A stretch of DNA of 64,000 nucleotides from Fidelibacterota bacterium (GTDB taxonomy: Bacteria > Fidelibacterota > UBA8477 > JABMPR01). Positions 54,043-62,750 of the stretch are shown piece after piece. Location of the stretch: NCBI GenBank assembly GCA_021736185.1, contig JAIPGJ010000002.1, positions 143 through 64,142 of the forward strand, read 5' to 3'. Numbering within the stretch: position 1 is the stretch's first letter; each line of letters opens with the position of its first letter. The notes below the pieces were generated by a model. The model saw nothing but the letters and a program-made list of their open reading frames with translations, did not search any database and had not been told where the DNA came from. A program made the position numbers and the translations under genes.

Positions 54043-55383
54043 ATGAAACGCTCCCTTATGGTTTTGCTTTTTTTTATCACGACTGCCTGGGCTGATTATC
54101 CAGATCAGGACAAAGTATTAAGAACTGCAGACATGTGGGTTCAAATCAGCAGTAACAGCAATGTTGTGCTCAGCGAGGACGGTAGTTCTTTGCAGTTAGC
54201 CGATGGAACGACCTCGGGCTATTTCATCTTACTGCCTGATACTTTGCCATCTCCCTTTGATCGTGGGCTACCTTCATGGAATGGTGAGGCTCTTAACGAG
54301 AATGGCGGGTTTAAGGTTTCCATGCGCTTTAAATATGGCGCGACCTGGTCCCCATGGTTAACCGCAGGCTATTGGAAAAACTATATCTGGCCATCCTATG
54401 GAACCATATCCTACGCAGCAGGAGAAATTGACTATGATTATGTGGTTCTGGATGACTTTCATACGATCTGGCAATGGCGTGTTGAATTCAAGCGCCAGCT
54501 TGCCGCAGATCCTTCGCCATCCATCGAAAAACTCAGTTTTTATGTCAGTGATCAGAGAACCACTGACAATATGGACCTGTCAGCGATTGTCAATGATGAT
54601 CCGCCGGAGATATACATCCCTACAAACTTTGTCTGTCAGTATAATGTCGACCCTGTAATCGGTGGCAGTATCTGTTCGCCCACCTCCACGGTGATGGCTA
54701 TCCGCTCTTATGATATAGAAGTGGACCCCTATGACTTTGCCGTTGATAATTATGATGATTACTGGAACATCTTTGGTATGTGGCCACGGGCCGTCCAAAA
54801 TGCGGCGGGCTATCATCTTGATGGAGCGGTGACCCGGTATCGCACATGGAGTCAAGCGTATGACACGCTGGCTGCCGGTGGACGTGTTGTCATGTCAGTT
54901 GGACCCCCGCTTTATAGCGGGCATCTCATGATGCTGGCTGGTTTTGACAGTCAGGGTGATCCGCTGGTCCATGATCCTGCACGACAGAACGGTGAAGGCT
55001 ATAAATACAACAAATCTTCTCTCTCTCAATCCTGGTTCACCAAAGGCGGTGTGAGTTACACCTTCTTCCCAGACGAAACCCTGGTGGCTCTGGATGAAAG
55101 CGAAAAAACTTTCCGTCCGGCTCAACTGGCTTTGCACCAAAATTTTCCCAATCCTTTTAATCCATCTACCAGGCTGAGGTTTTCACTGCCCTCTGCCTCA
55201 TTCATCCAGCTGGGTATTTATGATCTTGCCGGAAAGCAGGTTGCCGCTTTAATCAGTGATTATTTGCCTCCAGGAAATCACCAACTGGTCTGGAATGCAG
55301 AAAACCAGGCAAGCGGGGTTTATCTCATACGCCTGGAATCCAATTCTGAAACACAGATAAAGCGTATGACCCTGTTAAAATAA
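54043..55383 (+). CDS. secreted papain-like (C39-like) cysteine peptidase-domain protein with T9SS C-terminal sorting domain
   Basis: ATG 54043 gives a signal peptide, MKRSLMVLLFFITTAWA. Candidate Cys (GGSICSPTSTVM) and His (YSGHLMMLAGFD..DPLVHDP) are arranged as in Peptidase_C39_2. The CTD is NFPNPFNPSTRLRF...KRMTLLK. Confidence 0.55.
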   Translation: MKRSLMVLLFFITTAWADYPDQDKVLRTADMWVQISSNSNVVLSEDGSSLQLADGTTSGYFILLPDTLPSPFDRGLPSWNGEALNENGGFKVSMRFKYGATWSPWLTAGYWKNYIWPSYGTISYAAGEIDYDYVVLDDFHTIWQWRVEFKRQLAADPSPSIEKLSFYVSDQRTTDNMDLSAIVNDDPPEIYIPTNFVCQYNVDPVIGGSICSPTSTVMAIRSYDIEVDPYDFAVDNYDDYWNIFGMWPRAVQNAAGYHLDGAVTRYRTWSQAYDTLAAGGRVVMSVGPPLYSGHLMMLAGFDSQGDPLVHDPARQNGEGYKYNKSSLSQSWFTKGGVSYTFFPDETLVALDESEKTFRPAQLALHQNFPNPFNPSTRLRFSLPSASFIQLGIYDLAGKQVAALISDYLPPGNHQLVWNAENQASGVYLIRLESNSETQIKRMTLLK

Positions 55384-55400
55384 CCCCTTTTTAAATGGTT

Positions 55401-57191
55401 TTAAAACGGCCAGAAAATCGGCGCCATAACGGATGCAATAACCCAGAAAATCAGATTCAGGGGTGCGCCTGCCTTGACATAATCCATAAACTGGTATTTT
55501 CCCGGACCATAAACCATGAGATTGGTTTGATATCCAATGGGGGTCATAAAACTGGCTGAAGCAGCATAACAAATCGTAAAGATCAGGGGGCGAGAGTCGA
55601 TACCCATATTGTTTGCTGCTGCAATGGCAATCGGGGTCAGCACAATGGCTGCCGCATTATTTGAAACCACCGAAGTGATGATGGCTGTGATCAAATAGAG
55701 ACTGGAAAGCAATACATAAGGTGCCAGGCGGGCAGAAAAAACATGAGCCAGAGATGTTACGCTTTCTCCAACCAGACTTGCCGCTCCACTGGTTTCCATG
55801 GCGGTTCCAAAAGGGATAAAAGCCGCGATAAAGACAATGACGGGCCAGTTGATCGCAGTATAAGCTTCCCTGGTTGATATATGTCTGGTGACCAGGAGCA
55901 GGAAGGCACCAGCCAGGGCTGCTGCCAGGATATCAATCAAACCGGTTGCTGCGGTGAGCATAATGATGGGGATGATGATCACTGCCAGCCAGCGAATTCT
56001 TTTTTTTCGCATATTGATTTCATGGTGCTGAAGAATAATCAGGTTGGGATCGTTGCGCATTTCCGAAATCTGGTCTGCTGGCATGAGCATGAGTAGCGTA
56101 TCGGCGAAGCGGAGACGGATGTGGGCTATTTTTTGTTTGATGGTGATGCCCCTGCGACCGATAGCCAGAACAAAGGCTTGATACTTCTTTCGGAAATCAA
56201 GATCACTTAGAGACTTGTCGAACAATGTCGATTCCGGCCCAATCAGACCCTCAACCAAAACATTGTCCCCTTCCTGTAGTTCATTTTCACCCAGCTTGAC
56301 ATCTGAAAGCGCCAACACCTTTTCCTGCTGATGAAATTTTAGAAAATTGTCTATAGCGCCCCTTGTCAGAAGAATATCGCCCTGAATCAGGGTGAGCTCA
56401 CCTGCATTTCCCCCGAGGTGAAGCCCGTCTCGAATGACACCCAGAACGGTAATTTCATATCGTTCATTGAGCTTTCGTTCTCGACAGTTCGATCCGATAA
56501 GTGGGGATCCTTTGTCAATTTTGAACTCTGTGAGATAGGTGGACATATGGTATTTACCGACCAGCGAGCTTACCGGGGCGCGGGATGGCAGCAATCGGGG
56601 TAAAATGACCAGGCTATAAATGGTCCCCACGACAAGAAAAATGAAACCTAAGGGCAAGAACTCAAACATCCCCAGCGGTTTGAGTCCGTGAGCCTCACCG
56701 ACAGAACTGACCAGCAAATTGGTAGAGGTACCAATCAACGTGATGGTGCCGCCATAAATGGCAGCATAGGAAAGGGGTAAAAGTAATTTTGAGGGTGAAA
56801 CCCTGAATTTTGAGGAAATGTGCATGGCCACGGGAATAAAAATCGCCACGGCGGCAACATTGTTGATAAATCCAGAGAAAAGGCTGACGGTGATCAGGAA
56901 AAGGCCTATTCCCAGCTTCTTCACTTTCTTTTCCACATCGAAAAAATATTGGGCGAAATTCTCAAGAACACCGGTCTTGACCAGGGCATGGCTTAAGACG
57001 AACATCACTGCAACCGTAAGAACCGCCTTATTACTAAACCCGGCGATGGCTTGTTCGCTATCTACATATCCGGCAAACCATAACACCAGCAGCAGACCCA
57101 GGCCAAGCACATCAATGGGGAGAATCTCCAGGATCAGCAGGACCAGGACCAGGACCATCAAAGCAAAAATCCCAATGATGCTGAGACTCAT
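55401..57191 (-). CDS. SLC13/DASS family permease with two central TrkA-C (RCK_C) domains
   Basis: Two transporter halves flank the segments EITVLGVIRDG...LIQGDILLTRG and FVLAIGRRG...LRFADTLLML. Start at MSLSIIG (57191) lies just after the upstream stop. Confidence 0.8.
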   Translation of the reverse strand: MSLSIIGIFALMVLVLVLLILEILPIDVLGLGLLLVLWFAGYVDSEQAIAGFSNKAVLTVAVMFVLSHALVKTGVLENFAQYFFDVEKKVKKLGIGLFLITVSLFSGFINNVAAVAIFIPVAMHISSKFRVSPSKLLLPLSYAAIYGGTITLIGTSTNLLVSSVGEAHGLKPLGMFEFLPLGFIFLVVGTIYSLVILPRLLPSRAPVSSLVGKYHMSTYLTEFKIDKGSPLIGSNCRERKLNERYEITVLGVIRDGLHLGGNAGELTLIQGDILLTRGAIDNFLKFHQQEKVLALSDVKLGENELQEGDNVLVEGLIGPESTLFDKSLSDLDFRKKYQAFVLAIGRRGITIKQKIAHIRLRFADTLLMLMPADQISEMRNDPNLIILQHHEINMRKKRIRWLAVIIIPIIMLTAATGLIDILAAALAGAFLLLVTRHISTREAYTAINWPVIVFIAAFIPFGTAMETSGAASLVGESVTSLAHVFSARLAPYVLLSSLYLITAIITSVVSNNAAAIVLTPIAIAAANNMGIDSRPLIFTICYAASASFMTPIGYQTNLMVYGPGKYQFMDYVKAGAPLNLIFWVIASVMAPIFWPF

Positions 57192-57225
57192 AGCACCCTT
57201 TTCCTGTGGCCTTGAATGCTTATCA

Positions 57226-58251
57226 CTATTTTCCCGCCAATAACGGATCCAGGACATTCAGAATGAGATGGGTGGCATCTCCCAGACTATCCAGAGTATA
57301 AAGAGGTGAGGGTAGCGGTGAAGTAGCCTCCTGTAGTTGACTTCTAAAGCCGTGCTCTTTCAATATCGTTTGAGCTTTATCACTCCACAAAAAAGTCAAA
57401 AACGAGCTCACTATTTCTTCCTGTTCCTCACTGATGTTTTGCCTGAGGGCAACGGCAACATGTTCGGTCATAATATTTGGCCTGGGATAAACCATTCTGA
57501 TGTTAGTGTCGTTGTGGTGATTACCTGCAACGGACTCATAATTCAACATAATATCTCCAAGACCGGCTCGAAACTGCTCCCAGGCATCCTGAGCTGTGGA
57601 GGGGTGGTTTACAGTCCTTAGAAAAACACCTTTCACAAAAGCCAGCGCATCATCATGTCCAAACCCTTGATCCAGTTTTGCCCGATAAAGAGCCAGGGCC
57701 GCTATTTGTCCTTCTCCTGAAGTTAAGGGGTCCGGAATAATGATATTCATTCCTGAATAATCAATGTCTGCAAGATTCCATGGTGTTTCTGTAACCTTTT
57801 CGCCGAGAAAGAGGACCAGGGGCGACTGACAGAATTTCGGCTTTTGCTGAAGGTCCTGCCAGCTTGACGCTGTGATTATTCCTGCGGTCATTAATCGTCG
57901 CGCATCAAGCTCCGAGGAAAGGATGGCGACCTCCGCTGGAAAGCGGGTCATTATCTGACGAGTAATAACACCTGAGCCGGCAAAAGTGGTGATAAATTCC
58001 ACTCTTTCCTGCTTCTCCTTTAGCCATGCCTGCTGGAAAGCCGGCAACAGACCTCGCTCCATCACGGTTTCCATGGCGCTGAAACAATAAATCGTCATGG
58101 TTCGCGGTTCATCGATCAATTGCTGGTTCCGGCTATACCAGATAAACAAGAGAATCAGCAAGCCAATGAAGGCAGGCACCACAACACTGGTAATTCGATA
58201 TGCTGGATCATTTTTGTAGGATGCTTCCATTTTTTCCTTTGGACGATTCAT
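57226..58251 (-). CDS. membrane-anchored sulfate/thiosulfate-binding-protein-like periplasmic substrate-binding protein
   Basis: ATG 58251 follows a GGGGGAG RBS. An N-terminal TM anchor is present. TFAGSGVITRQI...AEVAILSS..D....(W)...SPLVLFLGEK...IIIPDPLTSGEGQ parallels Sbp/CysP blocks (SHGGSGKQ, TSTIVFLVRKGNP, ITPNPKTSGGAR). Confidence 0.55.
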   Translation of the reverse strand: MNRPKEKMEASYKNDPAYRITSVVVPAFIGLLILLFIWYSRNQQLIDEPRTMTIYCFSAMETVMERGLLPAFQQAWLKEKQERVEFITTFAGSGVITRQIMTRFPAEVAILSSELDARRLMTAGIITASSWQDLQQKPKFCQSPLVLFLGEKVTETPWNLADIDYSGMNIIIPDPLTSGEGQIAALALYRAKLDQGFGHDDALAFVKGVFLRTVNHPSTAQDAWEQFRAGLGDIMLNYESVAGNHHNDTNIRMVYPRPNIMTEHVAVALRQNISEEQEEIVSSFLTFLWSDKAQTILKEHGFRSQLQEATSPLPSPLYTLDSLGDATHLILNVLDPLLAGK

Positions 58252-58505
58252 CGCTCCCCCTTTTTCAGTCTGTTCAGAAACTTTGAAAAAGTTATTGTGA
58301 TTAAATGACTTGCACAAGCAAATTCCACGTCTTCATCCTGCTTAACCATGGTCTCAAATGGTTGATACAGATTGTATCTGATGAAATAGTTCCAGTTTAA
58401 ATCCCGCTGTTGCTCACAAGGAAAAGGCTTGGCGGGTCAACCCTGTTTGTTAAATTCAGCACGGACATTAAAGAGATAAATCAATACAGAATGAGGAAGT
58501 AGCGC

Positions 58506-60788
58506 ATGAAAAAATTAGTTACCCTATTAACTTTTACTCTGATCCTGGTTGGTGGTCTATACGCTGACAAAGTTGCTGTGATCTCAAAAGTTCAAGGTGA
58601 GGTCCTGCTACAAAAGGAAGCTGATTACGACTATAATACACCGATTACCGTGGGTATGATTCTGGAAAACAATGATCAGGTCAAAGTAAACGACGGTTTT
58701 GCAGTGATGTTACTTCTGGATGATAAAAGCCAGGTAAAGCTGCGCGAAAACACCGAAGTTGCCATCGCTATGGTCGAAGACATTGGTGGAGCGGGTTACC
58801 ATGTTCGTCTCGAGTACGGCCAAGCCCTTACAAAATATACCAAAGGGGCTGAATTCGGATTTCAGCTCCATACACCCACCTCAGTTGCCTCCATTAAGGG
58901 GACTGAGTTCTGGACCGTTACCGACCCGGAAACAGGCGATCAGGTGATCGTGGTTGAAGGTCAGGTTGACGTGATGAATAATCTTACCGGAATGATCAGC
59001 ACAGCTGGTCCTGGTGAAACCGTAAGCTCAACCACGGATGGATATATCCAGACGGATCCGACTGAAGAGGGCTCTATTCCTGAAGACCCTGAAGCCGGTT
59101 CTGTCGGCACTGAACAAGGTGATGGCACAGAAACTGAAGGTGAGGAAGCCGGTGGCGAGGAAGATACACTGGTAGAAGATACTGAAGCGACGGATACCAC
59201 CACGGGCATGCCTCCACCGCCCCCATCAACAATTAGCGAAACAGCTCCCGAACCTGAAGCAGAACCTGAGGGTGGAGAAGAAGGCGGCGGACTTATGGGG
59301 GGCGCCCTGGCAATGGATGCTGGCTTTGGCGCTGTAACCATTGATGGTCAGCTATATAACCAGATCGCCTTACGCCCGGAAATTTCCATTGGTAAGCTTG
59401 GCGTTGGCCTGGATTTGGTTATCTATATGGACCAGGATGGCAACATTCGCAAGGACGAGTGGAATGACGCCAAGGATATCATCGACAAGGTTATGTTTGT
59501 TCGTTGGGGACAACCAGGCGACCCCCTCTATATTCGTGTTGGCACGCTCCAGGATGTAGTGCTGGGATACGGAATGTTCATGAATGGTTATTCAAATATG
59601 ATGGAATATCCATCAGTTCGAAAAACTGGACACCATGTTGGTTTTAAAGTCGGCAATTTTGGTATCGAAAATGTTGTGGCCAATTACAAAGAGTTCTCAT
59701 TTAGTGGAGATAGCAAGGGTCTGGGAATCATGGGTTTACGTGGAACTTATTCCATGGGCAAACTCACTTTTGGTAGCACCGTTGTCGTGGATAATAACCA
59801 GTATCTCGGTCTGAAAGATGATGATGGAGACTATATCCCCAATCTGGTGGACGATTTCCCTGATGATGCTGCCTATTCCAAAGATTCTGATGGTGACGGT
59901 CGTCCAGATGCCTCACCCGATGAATGGGATATTGATGGTGATGGAAAAACTGATAATTACACTCCTGACCCTACCAAGAACTGGGAGTTTGGTGATGATA
60001 TCACTCGCAAACCAGATCCTTTTGATATCAGCGAGAATCCAAGTACAGTCGGTGGTTTAAGTGTTGATGTCGCTTATCCTATCATCAATAGAGATAAACT
60101 GAAATTAATCCTTTTTGCTGAGGCCGGTCAATATTTTGGTACTGCTGACTCCATGTACTATGACGATAATGGTACGGTGAAACAGAAAAAAGTGAAGTAT
60201 GGAATGGGGGCCACAGCTCCTGGTCTGCGCGCCCAGATTTTCAGCTTCCTGACAGCCAGTCTGGAGTTCAGAATTACGCCCACAGGTTACTTTATCTATG
60301 GCCTGTTTGATCGGAATTATGACCTGGAGCGGGTCGGCTTTGTAGATTATCCAGGCATGGGATTAACGCCTGTCACCCGTTATGAAAAGCTCTATGACAA
60401 CCCCTCCATGATGGGTGTCTTTGGAAGTGTGGGTGCCGACATTCTGCACCTGGTAACCTTGCAGGCTGGATATCAGCACATGGCCTCGGGAGATGATGTC
60501 GTTAAAGGTATTCAGGGTTCCATCGGTCTGGCACCAAATCTGATTCCCAAGATACAAGGAGCCAATGCCTATATCCTGCGTATGAATGTTGATGATCCCT
60601 TTGATATTGTCAGCGAAGGAACCTTGCTGGGATACAAAGTGACTGTTGGTCTGGGTGGCGGAGCCACGATTACCTGGGACTTTCGTCAGAGCTACATTGA
60701 CCTGAACGGGGACGGTACCATTGATACGGATTCCGGTTCTGGAGAAGTGGTTGCTCAAACCAGTATCGTGACCGGTTTTTCTTTCTAA
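58506..60788 (+). CDS. secreted FecR-domain protein with acidic linker, thrombospondin-type-3-like Ca-binding repeats and probable C-terminal beta-barrel
   Basis: Has a signal peptide. FecR-like region GEVLLQKE...VKVNDGFAVMLLLDDKSQVKLRENTEV...IKGTEFW. An E/T/G/P-rich linker (aa about 185-255). D-rich repeats DDDGDYIPNLVDDFPDDAAYSKDSDGDGRPD...DIDGDGKTDN. The C-terminus ends ...IVTGFSF (OMP-like terminal Phe). Confidence 0.6.
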   Translation: MKKLVTLLTFTLILVGGLYADKVAVISKVQGEVLLQKEADYDYNTPITVGMILENNDQVKVNDGFAVMLLLDDKSQVKLRENTEVAIAMVEDIGGAGYHVRLEYGQALTKYTKGAEFGFQLHTPTSVASIKGTEFWTVTDPETGDQVIVVEGQVDVMNNLTGMISTAGPGETVSSTTDGYIQTDPTEEGSIPEDPEAGSVGTEQGDGTETEGEEAGGEEDTLVEDTEATDTTTGMPPPPPSTISETAPEPEAEPEGGEEGGGLMGGALAMDAGFGAVTIDGQLYNQIALRPEISIGKLGVGLDLVIYMDQDGNIRKDEWNDAKDIIDKVMFVRWGQPGDPLYIRVGTLQDVVLGYGMFMNGYSNMMEYPSVRKTGHHVGFKVGNFGIENVVANYKEFSFSGDSKGLGIMGLRGTYSMGKLTFGSTVVVDNNQYLGLKDDDGDYIPNLVDDFPDDAAYSKDSDGDGRPDASPDEWDIDGDGKTDNYTPDPTKNWEFGDDITRKPDPFDISENPSTVGGLSVDVAYPIINRDKLKLILFAEAGQYFGTADSMYYDDNGTVKQKKVKYGMGATAPGLRAQIFSFLTASLEFRITPTGYFIYGLFDRNYDLERVGFVDYPGMGLTPVTRYEKLYDNPSMMGVFGSVGADILHLVTLQAGYQHMASGDDVVKGIQGSIGLAPNLIPKIQGANAYILRMNVDDPFDIVSEGTLLGYKVTVGLGGGATITWDFRQSYIDLNGDGTIDTDSGSGEVVAQTSIVTGFSF

Positions 60789-60810
60789 AGCCAACGCTTC
60801 ATGATAACTC

Positions 60811-60928
60811 AAAGAGGCTGTCCCAAAAGGGCGGCCTCTTTTTTTATATGTTGAGGGTATAGTGGTATAGAGTAAACTGGGTCTCGGTGGAGATACGGAC
60901 AGCCCAGCAAGACACCATTCCAAACACA
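60811..60928 (+). repeat. uninterrupted copy of the duplicated intergenic module (terminator + GGTATAG repeats + conserved 3' block)
   Basis: AAGAGGCTGTCCCAAAAGGGCGGCCTCTTTTTTTA-TATGTTGAGGGTATAGTGGTATAG...ACTGGG...GGACAGCCCAGCAAGACACCATTCCAAACACA aligns with the exon flanks of the intron at 25246/23315. Confidence 0.65.
60814..60845 (+). terminator. rho-independent terminator of the 58506..60788 gene
   Basis: GAGGCTGTCC-CAAAA-GGGCGGCCTC followed by seven T. Confidence 0.8.
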
Positions 60929-61004
60929 ACTGCCTGGGTCACCATGGCCAGTTCCTATCGATGAAAATCCGGCTTCGCGAGTCCCGCAAAACCTATCATA
61001 AAAA

Positions 61005-61030
61005 AAGACGCCTCACATTTGAGGCGTCTT
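61005..61030. terminator. bidirectional rho-independent terminator
   Basis: 11-bp stem AAGACGCCTCA-CATT-TGAGGCGTCTT with an A-run upstream and a T-run downstream, 57 nt past the stop of the minus-strand thioredoxin-like gene. Confidence 0.75.
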
Positions 61031-61089
61031 TTAGTTTTTCTTTTTTCTGGTCTTCTTCTTTCCCGTCAACCAGATGGTGGGATAGGAAT

Positions 61090-62145
61090 CTAGCTGGAAG
61101 CCAGGAATTTAGCCTTCTGGTCCTGGTAATAGGTGTCTTCTGGTTGCAGAAGAATACATTCGTCCATGACGGCAACCGCTTCATCAATGCGACCAAGTTT
61201 CCAGAGCACTTCGCCCTTGGTGTCCATGATTTGAGCTTTTTCACGAGCACTTGCATCTGTGGCGAGCAGGGCGATTCCCTGGTTGATACGGACAAGGGCA
61301 TTATCAAGGTTTAAACCGAGTTCAGTCATGCGCCAGGCATAGCCATTTAGAATGCCTGCAGTTTCTTTATGAACACCCGACATAAAGTCAACATAACGAC
61401 GATAGGTATCTGCCTCGGCAGACTTGTCCTTGGTGCTGCGATAGAAGTTGCGCAAGGCATCATAAGCTTTGGGGAGAACCTCGGTATTGGTCTCGCTGTT
61501 GATAAAGGAAATCAGTGTTTCCGGGTCTGAATTCTCTTGGGCGTGATAAAGCGCCATTTTTAAGGCTGCCGTTGAGTGCAGGACCGGGTTCACCTCTTCC
61601 AGCCCGAAGAGCATTTCCCAATAGGTGATAGCTGTTTTGAGACCACTCATGGTTTCCACTTTACCAGCTAAAGACTGTAATAAGTCTGCGTTTTCCGGGT
61701 CATTCTCCAGCCGGTTGATCAAATCCGGAACCGTATTTATCCCATTGCGAATCCTGATCATTTCTGCTTGATATTCAGCAGGCGGCATAAAACCCACAAT
61801 ACGGTCAATTTCATTACCCTCTTCGTCCACAAAGACAAAGGAGGGAATCGAATGAATATTGTAGCGTTCCGTTAAAGCGTCATTTTGAGTTGAATCCACA
61901 TTTAAGTGATAGGAAACAAAATGCTCAGAGGCATAGGCTATGAGTGAAGGATCGATAAATGTTTCGGCGTCCAGCCGATTACAAGAGCCTCACCACTTGG
62001 CGAAGAATTCGTATCCGACAATTTTTCCGTTGGCTTCCACCTGAACACTGGCGTCAGTGATCCATGGGTAAACCGGGTCCTTTTCTGCACAGGCCAGGAT
62101 CATGAGTCCCGCGATGGCAGCGAACCATAGGTTGTTTGCTTTCAT
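61090..62145 (-). CDS. thioredoxin-fold (TlpA-like) lipoprotein with C-terminal TPR-like domain; in-frame UGA (codon 52, nt 61992-61990) read as selenocysteine
   Basis: ORFs 61990..62184 and 61090..61899 are in the same frame. Joined, they read MKANNLWFAAIAGLMILAC...YEFFAKW-U-GSCNRLDAETF...YNIHSIPSFVFVDEEGNEIDRIVG, a complete Trx fold with U at the first Cys of WCxxC. Confidence 0.6.
61960..61983 (-). promoter_or_regulatory. candidate bacterial SECIS stem-loop
   Basis: Minus strand reads UGU-AAU-CGGC-UGGAC-GCCG-AA-ACA, starting 7 nt after the UGA, with a GG-containing apical loop about 20 nt downstream. The short 4-bp upper stem makes this tentative. Confidence 0.35.
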
Positions 62146-62255
62146 GTTTGTCCTTTCAATATCTTGAATAAAAATTTTGGTCATATGAAGCTATTGACAG
62201 GAGCAACGATTTGCAACTGCTCCTTGTTCTAAGACCATCAATAACTGGTTTGATT

Positions 62256-62750
62256 CTAAAGGTGTTTTGTCATCTCGCCAAGATGGATCATTTCAGCGCT
62301 TGTAAATTTGATCTCTCGCACTTTTTCCATGTCCCCCCAAAGATATTTATTTCCTTTGAGCCAAACCGTCATTCGCATTCTCCGCCGCAGCCGTCTGGCT
62401 TCGATTTCTGAGGCAGGTCGGGATTCACCCAGAGTACCATAAAGCCTTACTCCAGGATAAGTATCAAACTTTATCCTCAGGAGCGATTTTAACCAGAAAA
62501 GGGTGCCACTGTTTACGGCCAGGATACATATCCCTGGGTTTGTTTTGGCGTATTTTGGAAGCTTTGTAGGATACTTCTCGAAATAAAATCCACTTTGATC
62601 TGAATTCAAAAAAAGACTTCCGACAGGCGTGTTCAAAGGCTGACCGCTGTCATCGACTGAGGCAACAGAGCAATGGAAATTACTGGAGAAACTATGGTTA
62701 AAATGGTTTCGGATCTTCTTCCAGTCAGTGATTAAATCAAGATTATTCAT
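62256..62750 (-). CDS. hypothetical protein (possibly PNPOx-like split-barrel)
   Basis: 164-aa ORF with coding-like composition. The family assignment is a weak guess. Confidence 0.4.
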   Translation of the reverse strand: MNNLDLITDWKKIRNHFNHSFSSNFHCSVASVDDSGQPLNTPVGSLFLNSDQSGFYFEKYPTKLPKYAKTNPGICILAVNSGTLFWLKSLLRIKFDTYPGVRLYGTLGESRPASEIEARRLRRRMRMTVWLKGNKYLWGDMEKVREIKFTSAEMIHLGEMTKHL

